NCBI GenBank assembly: GCA_946965045.2
Contig: OX337241.1
Location: forward strand, 868,001-932,000
Length of the DNA stretch: 64,000 nucleotides
Direction of reading: 5' to 3'
Source: Epithemia pelagica
Taxonomy: Eukaryota; Protista; Bacillariophyta
In this document: positions 48,059 through 60,600 of the stretch, piece after piece
How the letters are laid out: the number at the start of each line of letters is the position of its first letter
Position numbering within the stretch: the stretch's first letter is position 1
The notes under the pieces: generated by a model
Database searches by the model: none
Seen by the model: only the letters and a program-made list of their open reading frames with translations
What the model was told of the DNA's origin: nothing
Made by a program: the position numbers and the translations under genes

Positions 48059-48792
48059 GGTGACGGCGGATTCACAGTCGACGCAGAAAGAGTTCAATGA
48101 ATGGAAAAGATGGAATGATGCAAGACGAAATCCAGACCCACCGTAGGCAGACGGACAGACGGTGCTGAATCCCCAAGAACGGCCCCGAAACCTACGTCAT
48201 CTTTAAAGTCTCAAATGAACGTTTTAAATTCAAATTCACCGACTCGGCATTCCCGGATCTCCATGATGAGTCGTGCGCGCATGGGGACTCTTCCAACTGC
48301 CAACCACACGCACCGATGCACAAATTTGTCGAGGCGTTGTTGCCGCAACCACGGGTGCCAGGGTGCAAGTCGGTTGGACCATGGCGTTTTGTCGAGGAGC
48401 CGACCAACGGCACCAAAATTGTGACCGTAGATCCGTTCTGCAAGTGCATCCGTTGTGGTCTTTTTGGTCGTTGAAAATTTCAGGGCCCCTATAGGTCACG
48501 TGGATCCGAGTCTCCGCACTATCAACGAACGAGGTGGCAAGACCTTGTGACCGCAGAGTCAAGAGACCAATCCAAAATTTCCTATGATTTTTAGGTTGGG
48601 GTCTTTGCTCTTCAAATTTGTCATTTAGACAGGATTCAGGCGATGACCGGCGATTCTTTGGGTTGACAGAAAAGGCACGAGATCTCTCGTTCACGCACTC
48701 TCTGGTCACAATTTCAACTTGGTCCATCACAAGAACCAAACCACACACACAAACCAAAGAAAACGAAAAAGAAAACACACCTTGGTCCAATC

Positions 48793-49764
48793 ATGATGCT
48801 CTCCTTCAAGAACAAAGTCCTGCTTGCCGTGCTCTTGGCTGCCACTGCGGCTGTGTCCACTACTGCCGATCTCATTGATGTAAGCCGCCAACTTCCCGAA
48901 TACACGTACATGGTCAAAAAGGCCAAGAAGGATGACGGTTCTCGCGGAAAGAAGGACAAATACTCGGACGACGAGTATTACAGCAAGGGCAAGAAGAGTG
49001 AGGGCAAGGGTGTTGATGACACGGATGACCAATACTACAGCAAGGGCAAGAAGAGTAAGGGCAAGGGTGTTGATGACACGGATGACCAATACTACAGCAA
49101 GGGCAAGAAGAGTAAGGGCAAGGGTGTTGATGACACGGATGACCAATACTACAGCAAGGGCAAGAAGAGTAAGGGCAAGGGTGTTGATGACACGGATGAC
49201 CAATACTACAGCAAGGGCAAGAAGAGTAAGGGCAAGGGTGTTGATGACACGGATGACCAATACTACAGCAAGGGCAAGAAGAGTAAGGGCAAGGGTGTTG
49301 ATGACACGGATGACCAATACTACAGCAAAGGAAAGGGAATGAGCAAGAAGAGCAAGGGCAAGGGTGGCGTTGACACGGACGATGAATATTACGGCAAAGG
49401 AAAGGGAATGAGCAAGAAGAGCAAGGGAAAGGGCGGTGAAGACACCGACGATGAATATTACGGCAAAGGAAAGGGAATGAGCAAGAAGAGCAAGGGCAAG
49501 GGTGTTGATGACACGGATGACGAATATTACAGCAAAGGAAAGGGAATGAGCAAGAAGAGCAAGGGAAAGGGTGGCGATGACACCGACGATGAATATTACA
49601 GCAAAGGAAAGGGAATGAGCAAGAAGAGTAAGGGAAAGGGTGGTGATGACATGGACGACTCTGGCAAAAAGGGAATGAGCAAGAAGAGTAAGGGAAAGGG
49701 TGGTGATGACATGGACGACTCTGGCAAAGGAAAAGGAAAGGGCAAAGGTTACTACAGAAATTAA
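48793..49764 (+). CDS. Secreted Lys/Gly/Asp/Tyr-rich repeat protein (cingulin/silaffin-like cell-wall or adhesion candidate), 323 aa
   Basis: Signal peptide, RQL (RXL) motif, then tandem GKGVDDTDDQYYSKGKKSK and KGKGMSKKSKGKGGxDTDDEYY repeats. Confidence 0.85.
   Translation: MMLSFKNKVLLAVLLAATAAVSTTADLIDVSRQLPEYTYMVKKAKKDDGSRGKKDKYSDDEYYSKGKKSEGKGVDDTDDQYYSKGKKSKGKGVDDTDDQYYSKGKKSKGKGVDDTDDQYYSKGKKSKGKGVDDTDDQYYSKGKKSKGKGVDDTDDQYYSKGKKSKGKGVDDTDDQYYSKGKGMSKKSKGKGGVDTDDEYYGKGKGMSKKSKGKGGEDTDDEYYGKGKGMSKKSKGKGVDDTDDEYYSKGKGMSKKSKGKGGDDTDDEYYSKGKGMSKKSKGKGGDDMDDSGKKGMSKKSKGKGGDDMDDSGKGKGKGKGYYRN
49003..49740 (+). repeat. Coding minisatellite: six 57-bp units followed by ~69-bp and ~60-bp variant units
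   Basis: GGCAAGGGTGTTGATGACACGGATGACCAATACTACAGC recurs at 49003, 49060, 49117, 49174, 49231 and 49288. Confidence 0.92.
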
Positions 49765-50202
49765 AGCCGACTCTCCGTAGAGTTTGTCCACCAATTTCCC
49801 AACGAAAGAAGACCAGTGGAGTTCGCGGAGTAACAGTTGCTGTGTATTTGTTTGCAACACCGCGCCCTTTGCCAGTGTGGCATGTAAGGGAACAACGTTT
49901 TTGTATTCTCAAACGATTTGGCGACTCCTTGTACTTGGTGCTTATTTCTAATTGTTAAGAGTAAGCTATGTGCCAGCAGTAATAATTATAAGATTATTTT
50001 ACGAACGAACTTGTGCATATTTGAAGTACTCCTAGTGAACTGCCGAACACGGCCAACCTAGTTAGTGAAATTAGAACTTAGTAATGAACGCAAAAATTGT
50101 TTAGCTCTGTACGTCTGATACATACACCAATATCTGTTTCTGTCTTTCCTTGTGCTTTTTGGTGCATTCCAATCAAATATTTCGTTGCGACGGGAAGAAT
50201 TT

Positions 50203-53200
50203 CTACGACCACAAAGACCGGATGCTGGACATCAGCGAGGAGGATTGTGGACCATCACTTGTGGACGCGGAAGCCATGGATGCAGTGGACGCCGTCGCAT
50301 CATTTGGATTTTCGCCATCTTCATTGTTGTATCCAGCTTCGCAGTCATCGGCAACAAGCAACACCTCTTCCACCAGACGCGTATCCCGGCATTTTCGTTC
50401 CACTTTCTCGACAACCACATTCAAAGCCTTTTGGTATTGTATACGCGAATGGACCTCCGCAACGTACGTTGCATGCTTCATTTTAAGCTCCTCTTTGAGT
50501 TCTGTCTGTGTTACCAAGGCATTTTGATATTGCTGACGGAGTTGTCCATTCTCAGTTGACAATTTTTCATTTGTCTTTGTAAGTTGCTTCGCATGATGAT
50601 TCAGCGAAGCGAAGGTAGCTCCAGCCGAAGCGTTGGCGTCCATGAGCCTCTGGTTGTTGTCCTTGAGCAGATCCATATCGCGACGCAGTTGCGCATTCTG
50701 GCCACGCAACCGGAACACTTCCTTACGCAGATAGTCCAACATGCGGCCAGATTCGTCAATAAGTGTTTGTTGCTGCATAGTCAACTGTTGCTGCGCCCCT
50801 GTCGCCGAAGAGGGTGTGTCTGGTTCTGCCGCGGCGGCCTTTGCCGCTCCTGAAGCAGCCGCACTTTCCGCATCGTCCTCTGGCTCCTTTGTCTTCTTTT
50901 CCTCTTGTTCGCAATCATCCTTTTCAGCGGCTTCTTTTTCCTTCTCCTCCTGTTCTTTTTGCTGTTGCTGCTCAATTTCTTTCTTTTCCTCTTGTTCTTT
51001 GTTAAAGGCTTCGACTGCTTTGCGTGCCCTTTCTTCTGCCATTCGCTCTGCTTCCAGACGACGTTCTTCTGCTTCTTCCAATTTTCTTTGCAGAGCCAAA
51101 ACTTGGTTTTCAAGCTTTGCATCTTCTTTGGCTTGATGCAAGGCCTTTCGGTACTTTGGTCTTTGCAAAGCACCTCTTACCATGGCTTGTCCAACAATCG
51201 CTGATTTGCGTTGCAGAATAAAGTTGCGGCGCACCACCAGTTTTCGCCAAAGTGTTTGAATACAGGTTGCCCGGTAATGACGTCGGAGTGTCACCAACAA
51301 TCGTTGGGACACAATACATCGACGCCAACATTCCAAGGCAATGGCAGCGTGGCGCAAGCGCCGATATTCACGGGTTGCCACCCGTTGTCGCCACAAAGAC
51401 TGCAAGACAATCACCGCACGACGCAAGCGCTGATAGATTCGAAGGGCACAAAAGCCTCGCACAATTCTTTGAATGTTGGCAGCCCAGATTCCCAGTCGTT
51501 TCAGTCTCTCCGCTTCCAGAAATTCGAGTGCCCCTGCCCGAAAGTAAGTTCGCGTATGCCCCATGACAAAAGCTCTAACCACCATCGAAGTAGTCGATTC
51601 GATCATGCTCCCGTCTTCGGGACTTCTAGTTTTGGTTGTGTTTAACGTTGTTCGCTCCAGGGGCTTCATGGCGGCTGCCAACAAATGTTCTGCCATTAGC
51701 TTGTTGTACATATCCGGGCCGTCATTGTCTTGTTGATTGTCACTGTCGTCTCCCAATTGCTCCAGAGTTTGCTCATGAGCTTGTACCTGATGAGCCTTGC
51801 TTTCCCACAATGCCTTGAACCGTTCTTGTACCACAGCATGCTCAAGTCGATTGGGAAAAGCAGAACGTGAAATGGTGACCGCCGCGACAACACCGGCGCA
51901 CCGCAACTGCTCCACCGTGGGAAGATGCTGCATGACCAGGGGTTGTTTCAAGGTGTTGGGTTTGATACAACGAATGTAGCGTGTACGCGTACGACCCAAA
52001 TTTTGCATGAGCGTCGTCAATTGCCCTTTGAATTTGGTCCACACCGTTTGTCCGACCAAGGTGGATCCCTTCTTTTCTTTTTCCTTAGCTGCTTCGGCGG
52101 CCGCTTGCTGTTGTTGTTGCTGCTGTTGCTTTCGAGAGGTTGGAGGTTTCTTTTTAGGTCTCTTTTTATTCGTGGCTGATTTTTCCTCCTCCGCAGTCTT
52201 TTGGTTGTTGGTGGCATCCGAGGTAGGTTCTTCCTCTCCTCCCGCCACAATCATGTGTTGAGCCAGAATTTCATTCGAGGACTTTTTGGCACATTCTTGG
52301 AGATCGGTAGGCAATGTATCCATATTCTTGTTGACAAAGCCTTCAGCATTGTAGACTACTTCCCCCGCGTAATGCTTGACACCAAATTCAAATTCCCCAA
52401 ATCGCTTTCCCCGGAACAAACACGGCGACGACTGCCGTGTATGGTGATCCACCACCTTCAACACAAAGGCCTTGTCATTTCCACCAGGACGGACGCATTC
52501 TTCATTCAAAATGGCCAAGAGTCCGTTGACACGACCTTCCACCAAATCCAGCACATCTGTGTTGTCATCGTACCGAATTTCTCCCAATTCAATGCCTTCG
52601 GATTCGTATTCACTTTGGACTGAGCGAAAGATATCTTGTGTAAACTTTTGTTGTAGCTTTTCATTGGCATAATTGATACAGAGTTGTTCAAAACGATTTG
52701 TACCGAACGATTCAAAGCCAAAAATATCCAGTAGTCCAATCGTTCCAAAGGGTTGAGGCTGACCGCCCGTAGGACGACGGCCTCCACTCCTTGGAGGGGG
52801 GTGATAGTTTTGTTCGGCCGAAGTGGCTTCATTAATGCATTTCACCAACCACAAAAAGGCACTAGCATAAATCTCCTTGGCAAAGGCATCGCAAGAATCT
52901 TGTGCCTGTGTCGCATTCAAGGGAACCTTGAATTCTTCGTTTCGAGCTCGCATGGTTCGAATCAAAAAGGACGATTCGAGCAAGGAGGCTTCGACACCCA
53001 TGAGCTCGGCCAAATCTTCTAATTCCTCTCGACTCGAAATAATGGAACGAGTGTCTTCATCGTTTGGATCTGGTTCAACCAACAAATTGCCCAATTGCAA
53101 CACAATGCAAATGGCACGGAACAGAGTTAGTTTCTTTTCTCCCGTCACGCCCACCATGGCTAGTGATTCACACGTCTTTTGGAATCGTTCTTGATCCGAC

Positions 53201-54555
53201 AAGCCTTCAATGGTATCGAGTTCAGCATAGCCCACATAGGAAAAGGATTCTTGGTCGGTATCGACCAATCCCTTGGCCCAAATTTCTTCCTTGACGTCAT
53301 TGTCGGATGCGAGCAACTGATAAAAAATATGATAGGTTCGCTCTTCTGGCTCATGTTGGACGACTCGTGACTTTTCCAACAAGTACACTTCGCATTTACT
53401 TCCCGCCAAGACACAGGAGGGCAATTGATGTCCAGCAAAGACAGCATCGACAGGATCCTCGCAATCAAACTGCAACTGAATAAACTTTCCAAACCGCGAG
53501 GAATTGTCATTGCGGATGGTTTGGGCATTGCCAAAAGCCTCCAAGAGCGGATTGGAATCCAAGACACGCTGGACAATGGGAGAGGTTGAGGACGAGGACA
53601 TTTTGGAGGGTGACGTACTGTCAAAGCCTGTTTCTGCTTCGGTTTCCTCCTCTTCTTGTCCGGCCGTCCCTTCTTGAACACAGGCAATGTGATGCAAACA
53701 AATTTTGACGGATTCCGTTTTCCCTGCTCCTGACTCTCCGGAAACCAAAATGGATTGATCCATCCCATCAACTGCCAATCCCCGATAGGCCGCGGCCGAT
53801 ACTTCGTAAATATGAGGCTCCAAGTTACTGAGACTGGCTTTGGTCAGGGCCGAGCTGGACGAATTCCACACCAAGGCATTGGCATAGTGACGACGTGTGG
53901 TGGTCGAATAGAGTGTATGAATCCATTGATAGGGGTTGCAGGCAATGACAATATCACCTGTTCTCGTATACGGTTTTCCTTGAATATGACGTGCCTTCAA
54001 GTTGAACAAAATGGCAGCCTAAGAGGAAACGAGAAAAGAAATGACGTGAGTGGTGGGTCGACGTCGAAACAGTGAATCGACAGCGACCTTCATGAACAAT
54101 GATTTGCGCCACCAATGACAGTGATTGGTGCAAACACGGCAAGTCAAGCTGTCGAGTTCACGTACCTCATGCAGAAAGGGGAGGTCGACCATGTCTTCGA
54201 CTTGTTTCAATTGTCCATCTTCGTCGACATTTTGCAGAAGCAAGGTCTGATTGGGATACTCTTTCAAATCAACGACTCGTGTTTCGTAACTCTTGGCCTT
54301 TTTGCCGCCGTCGGATTGAATGGCAGCTTCGTTTCGGTAAATGGGGACCGAGACTTTGGCCTTGAGGTTTTCTTGCATTTCCAAGACACGGGCTGGAATC
54401 CAACCAAAGTCGTCCGATTTGATGTAAACATGATTTGATGTGGTGGCCGCCACTAACGCCATGGCATCGTCCGTCGATGCATTCAAAAGGCTCGTGTCCA
54501 TGCTCTTTTCTTCGCTGAGCGATGCCATTATGGCTTGAGCACTGTGCTCCGTCAT
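50203..54555 (-). CDS. Full-length myosin heavy chain (~1400 aa): SH3-like N-terminus, motor, several IQ motifs, coiled-coil tail
   Basis: Exon 1 54166-~54555 (start uncertain), intron 54019-54165 at LHE|AAILFN. GESGAGKT, NDNSSRFGK, DIFGFE, RCIKPN and QLRCAGV are present, followed by IQ repeats and an E/K-rich coiled coil. Confidence 0.93.
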
Positions 54556-55230
54556 GATTCTCACAAAACAACAACGGGACGGTCGTGCCACTCACGATTC
54601 CAAACAATCAAAAACTTGCAGAACACCAATCGGATCACAACTATTATAGGCCAGTACCTCGTTGATGGTGATGGACGTGTCGCAGGGAGAGAACGTTTGG
54701 ATAACACTTTGAATAGTCAATCCACGATGACACGAAACCTTCCAAATGAAGCAACCACAAACACACACAAAAGAAAGAATCCTCTCGCTCAAGAACAAAA
54801 AAGTGTTGACGGCGCATTGATGCGATTTTCTTGATATAGTTGAACGGAGGAGACGTAAGTCCATGTCACTTCAAAAGAGGGAGGTCTTCCAACCGTCGAA
54901 CGCCGGCATGGATCAGTCGCACAATTTCGGGCGCAGGCCCCGGGCGGGGGAGAAGAGACGGTCAGTCGCACTATACCAACATTTTTGTTCGTGTGTCGTA
55001 GAGTAATAGAAGGTGCATAGAGAGACCTCTCACAATAGACGCATCACTTGTTCTTCCTCAAACCACTACAGTCTAGTCTACCATTCCGATGCAATAGCAT
55101 TTCTGCAAACAGAAACTCAATGGTGTTATTTTAATACGCAATCCTTCGTAAGGCTACAGTAAGAGGTCGTCTCCCCAAGTGCATCTGATGACACATATAA
55201 GTAGATCAAAAGGCCACGAAAAACCGCCTT

Positions 55231-56670
55231 TTACTGCTTGGGCACTGCCTTGGCAAATCCAATTGTCTTGTCAAGATAGTTGAAAACAGTGTAGTATTGT
55301 CGCATGAAAACGTCTCCCAAAATCTGAACAAACACAGAGAACAAGGTCAGAAAAGATGAAACACGGAAAAACAACCACATTTTCCCATTTCACTTACCCA
55401 CTGCGGTCCAGGAGAAGGGAAGTCGACACCCATGAATGCAAGAAGACAAGTATTCTGGGCTTGGATAATTGCTTTCGGTCCAGGAATCGAATAGTCCGCA
55501 CCGGCAATTTTGAACACAATGTCGGGCATATTTGCTACCTTGTCACAATCGACCGTATATTCACCAGCAAAGGTTGATTTGGCTCCAACAGCCTGCGCAA
55601 GCTTGGAAATTTCACTTTTGGGTCCAATGAGGAGAGATGTTCCAGAATCAACAATCGCTGTAATGGGAGAACCGTCCGGGTTTTGTGTTGCCTCGTAGGA
55701 ACCAGCAGTAACGGTATCGAGGGCAATCTCCCAGTAGGTGGCTGCCAATAAGTCAACGTAGACCAAGTCTCCCTCAAACTTACTCGCATCATACCCACCA
55801 AACGTAAGCTCACCCGGTCCATTATCTCCAAGGTAGAAGGAGAAAATGGGTTGTTCCACGACGGACTGGGAAATAGCATTTTCAAAGACAGTTGGCGTAC
55901 CATCGATAGAAATGGAAGTGAAACCCAAACCAAGAATTCCATCAAACTTTCCCAATGCATATGCCATGCCCAAACCACCTGCATCTTGGATTTCCGCAAA
56001 ACGTTGGCCTTTTACAACGAGGTCGTCCGCCAGGGTGACACTGTCTTGAGAGAAGAAACCGGAGACGGATCCTGACCCATACATGATCTCAAAGTCTTTT
56101 CCATCTTCAACGTACGTGTCTGACTTGTCGTGGTCGTACTTTGACTTACGGCCAAAGAAAGGGTTACCACAATGAGTGCAACCAACTTTTGGGACCCAAA
56201 GATTCGACGAACCAGTGTCAAAGATCACCATGAAGGACTGAGGCGGGTTCCCCACAGAAACGGCGCCGAAGTACTGCGCATTGGCGTAATCTTTGATGAT
56301 CTCGTTCTCTTTTTGAAGTTTTTCTGCTCCGCGAAGAAGCGTCGCAGCAATGGCATCTTGTTCCCTTTTCTTGTGGTTCACGATCATCTCCTCGTCTGGG
56401 ATCTTCTCAAGAGCTACATGGAACCTTTTCCCACATACCGACACAAGAGTCGACAATGACGAAAGGACGAAGAAACCTAGAGGGATCACACATGGTGAGA
56501 AAATCTAAGAAATGCCATTGACTCGTCATACGCAAAACACGACTCAATAAGAGAGGCGACACTGCGAAGAAAGAATTGCACCAACAACGATCATGATCTT
56601 GCTTCGTTCAACACTTTCAGATACCAAATTGTGTTTGTTCCGCACTCTACTTACCGGTGGATATTTTCAT
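55231..56670 (-). CDS. Pepsin-family aspartic protease (cathepsin D-like), 395 aa, three exons
   Basis: DTGSSNLW and DSGTS catalytic motifs, FDGILGLGF, WILGDVFMRQYYTVF. Exons 56655-56670, 55398-56476 and 55231-55323 join in frame via GT-AG introns. Confidence 0.93.
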
Positions 56671-56808
56671 TGTTGCAAGCAAACACAAGTAGAAAGGGTC
56701 GTTACCGCAATGATTTTATGATGATAGATGATTGCAAACGAAAAGTTCTCCCAACGGAATGGATCTTGGATGCAAGTCGTTGATCGTCGTTGTCAAGGAT
56801 GCAACTCC

Positions 56809-56855
56809 GTCACGTCACCGACTGTCAGTGAGACGTGACGTGACGTGACGTGACG
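56809..56855. promoter_or_regulatory. Cluster of TGACGT (bZIP/CRE-like) motifs upstream of the protease
   Basis: ACGTCA at 56812-56817 and (GACGT)4-GACG at 56832-56855, 140-185 bp upstream of the protease ATG. Function is inferred only. Confidence 0.35.
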
Positions 56856-57266
56856 CGTTACCAAAGTGACAAGTGCTCCTACTCCTATCTACTCTAGTCG
56901 TTCCCGTCATTCTCGTCAGATACAGATGGATGGAAGTAAGATGTGTGTACTTACTAGGTAGATGTGTTTAAATGTCATGAAGTGTGGTCTTTTGTGGTTT
57001 CTTATGGCTCCCAAGGGGCATAGAGAGAGCCAATGAAACCTCTCGCTATATAGACGCATCTCTTGTTCTTCCTCATAACACTGCAGCCTACTATTCCGAC
57101 GACATAGCATTTTCCTGCTGATAGACTGACAAGAGTAGACAACGTATGGTTTCGTACTAGAATGCGCGTTCGGTACTCTAACGATGGTCAAGAAGCACGA
57201 ATGAGGGTCTAGTGTCGCCTCCATTCGCTGGAAACATGTCGTAGTCTGCTCCCGGTTTCCCGTTCT

Positions 57267-57652
57267 TGTTGAAACCAATTGCTCAGCCTGCAGCCTATGC
57301 AATGGCACGCTTGTTTCTCCTTACAAACTTCGTTTTCGCTATAGAGTGAGCTCTCTCAGCTCGTCGTTAATCTAGTCTTAGCTTGATCTTCTACGACCTT
57401 CTCCGATTAGAATGTCCCTGTAACTTCTTGTCGTGGTCATTCCAGAGGCATTAACACCGGCGTCTGATCCGGCCATGTCTTTTCCTTTCTTGTTATCTTG
57501 TGGTTGACTTGTGTCCCCATCTGTATTGCTACTGCCGTTCCAGTATGACTTCTTGTCTCCCTGGTGGACAAGTTTAGTCTTAGTCGTACTCGGCGTTGCT
57601 TCCGAATGACCAGCTTCCGAATCGTTCGTCCTTCGGTCCTCGTGCTTCAACA
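57267..57652 (-). repeat. 3' LTR of copia C
   Basis: Direct repeat of 62500-62885. Confidence 0.96.
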
Positions 57653-60600
57653 CACTCCTTGGGTCCTTCATCTGGTCAGTTGGTGGATCCATTCCCATTA
57701 CGAGGTTCCGCAGCTTGTGAAACAGGTGTCCTTGAAGAGGCTTTGTGAAGAAATCTGCTATCATGTCCTTGGTGGGACAGTGTTCGATTGATATTTCCCC
57801 TTTTTTTACTTGGTCGGTGATATAAAAATAACGTAAGTGCATGTGTTTGGTTCGTTTCGTGCTTGATTGACGTCCATTCTTCTCAAGAAGTATAGCACTT
57901 AAGTTGTCTTGATACAGCACATTTGCAGCGATGGAAAACCCTTGCGCTTCCAAGAACATTTTGGTCCACAATATCTGTGGAAGAACATCGTGCACGCCGA
58001 CAACCTCACTTTCAGTCGAGCTACGAGTCACCATCTTTTGTTTCCAGGATCCACTGAAAACTGATCCTTTACCCATAGACATCGTTGCTCCTGTGTGACC
58101 TCTCATGTTGGGGTGCACTGCATATGAAGCATCAATCCACCACTGCAGTTTTCCATCATCCTCTACCCGTAGAGTTAGAGGAAGCGACCGGGTTCCTTGT
58201 AGATACTTCATCATTCGACTGAGTTTACTGTAATCATCTTCGTCAGGACAGGTTAGTCGCCCACACAGAAACGACACTGCCGTACGGATATCAGGACGAC
58301 CCCTCTGACTGAGATATAGGGCTTGCATTACAAGGTGTACAAAAATTTCCTTCTTCTTGGGATTTAAAGTTGGTGTACCATTCGTGTTCACCTTGAACAA
58401 ACTGCTGGAAGCTGGAGTTGATGCCACTCCTATCATGTCCTCGGGCATGTCATTGATCATATTGTTGATGTAGCTCTCCATTCTGATAATCACTGACCCC
58501 TCCACTGAATAGTCAAGAATCATACCAAGGTAGTCGTGCACTTTTCCTCGTGATATGGTTAGGGGTCCTTCTTTCCCAAAGGTTTCTTCCATTTGTTGAA
58601 TGAACTGATCTACGACTATGCTGGACTTGTGGGAAACCTTGATATCGTCCACATGCCAGGTGACTGTCAATTGGCCACCACTGCACTCCTTATTCGCCAC
58701 ACACTCGTCGTATGGGTTCACAACAAAACCCCATTCAACCAGTTGCTTGCTTAGCATCTCCCAAAATAGCCGAGCTGCCTTTAGAGTACCGTAGAGGGCC
58801 TTGTCCAACACCACGTACAACGCTTTCTCCCCTCGTTCATAGCAGATGTAGCTGGCATAGCATGGGTCAATTTCCAGTAGCATCTCTAGCATTTCCCCAG
58901 TAAATCTGATGTGAACAATGTCGTCCATATCTGCCTGCATAAAAGCCCCGGGCACATCTACCACTGCAACGTCTCGTTTTTCTTTGGCATCGATAGCGGC
59001 TGTTAGTAAAACCGACTCTGTTTTTACTGTAGGTGACGTCGAATCCTCTTTGGGTATATAATCGCGCTGTTTGCGCCCATCCGCGCATCCGCGACCCTTT
59101 ACTTTGCCTGTTCTCTTCCTCTTCAGGAACATAAGATAGGCCAGCGCATCTCTTCGTTGTTTTGGTGTTAAGCTATACCGCGCGACTGGCCTCATAACCT
59201 TTCTGTCATGCAGCTGTCTCATCTCTTTCCGAACAGCGTCCAATCCTTCTTCGCCGAACTTTTTCAACCCCAACTTCAAGGACATTTGGGGAGTTTCCAC
59301 GGTATCTTCAACTCCTGCCACTTCAGCCATGACTGCACCATCCTCGTCCTCATTTTCTCGGTCGTTTGTGTCAAACTCCTCAGGATTGTATTGGTAACTA
59401 TAGTCTCGTGTTCTGCGGCTTCGTAAGCTGTATCTTCCTTCATTCTCACGGTTGCCACTTTCCTCTTCATCATGATGAGACTGGTTATCACCTTCTTCAG
59501 CTGCAGCCATCACTGGGTCATTATTTTCGTCCGTATTGCTCACGGACGACTCTTCCTGTTCTTCATCAATCGGCACGTCATCCACGTCGGCATCATCATC
59601 GATAGGGTCCATAGCATCATTCTCCGGCTCCAGTTCCATGACAACTGGTGGCACTCCTTCATTTTCCGCCACATCCATTACCGGCAACACTCCTTGGTTT
59701 TCCTCTTCCTCCACCACGGGCAACACTCCTTGGTTTTCATCCTCATTGTCAGCAATCTCATCCTCTGGATCGTCATACTCGTCGTACTCATCGACTATTT
59801 CGTCCATCTCGTTGGGGATAAAGTCGTCATCGTCTTCGTCGTCATCATCCAAATCAAAAATGTTTGCCAGGTTATTTCTGTCCCCGAACACAAGACCCGG
59901 GTTTGCCTTTTGTTGCCGTGCCATCCTGTGCACCCGATCGATAACATCGTCAGGCATAGGTAGAGCAGTTGCGTGTAGTCGATTAATTACTCGTCCCGTT
60001 GAAAGACTGAGAAAATAATAACTTCCTTGGGCGTTTCCAGTTGGACGTAGTGCGAGTGCCCCAATCGTCCTTGGGTTCATAGAGTTGTCGTGCTCTTCGT
60101 GTGTTTGGCAGTATTCTCCGAATTGATACTTGCAGTGGCGGCTATAATCTAGCTTTTGTCCTGTAATGATCGTTCTGGGACTTGCCTCTTGAGATACGCC
60201 ACTCGCAATAGGAAACCCGTTCAGCCAGAACACAGCCGATTTTGCCATTTCGATAACTAGTCTCCCAGGTATTTTCTTGAACGGTAGTGTATTGTAAGTT
60301 GCCCGAATCCGCTCCTTCATCGTCCTGATGTATCTTTCCACGTCTCCAACGTGTTCGTCTCTTGAAGTATCATTGAGTGCGATCCCCATGTCGGCTAGAG
60401 CGCCCTTCAAATACGAGAAAGCGCCATCCATCAGTGACGATTCCACCTTGAAGCCAGCTCTTCGATATACCTGGCAGATGTGTTTGATTGCTTCCAACAT
60501 TGGGCCTTCTTTCAAACTCGCCATGGCTTCAACTGTACCAAACTTGATGTTTCTTGAAATGCTAGCTAGCATTGGGATGTTGTTGATATGTAGCACGTCC

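Noticed and set aside
48317-48475. Short + strand ORF MHKFVEALLPQPRVPGCKSVGPW...CKCIRCGLFGR upstream of the repeat protein
   Set aside because: About 52 codons with no homology I can recognise; it may be promoter sequence.
49003-49740. Regular repeats that could be mistaken for a CRISPR array
   Set aside because: The units are contiguous, in frame and lack unique spacers; this is a coding minisatellite. The VapD/Cas2-like ORF 43 kb away has no cas context.
48727-49912. Long antisense/alternate-frame ORFs (377 aa, 332 aa, 136 aa) over the repeat gene
   Set aside because: Shadows of a stop-poor repeat; only the + strand frame has a signal peptide and coherent composition.
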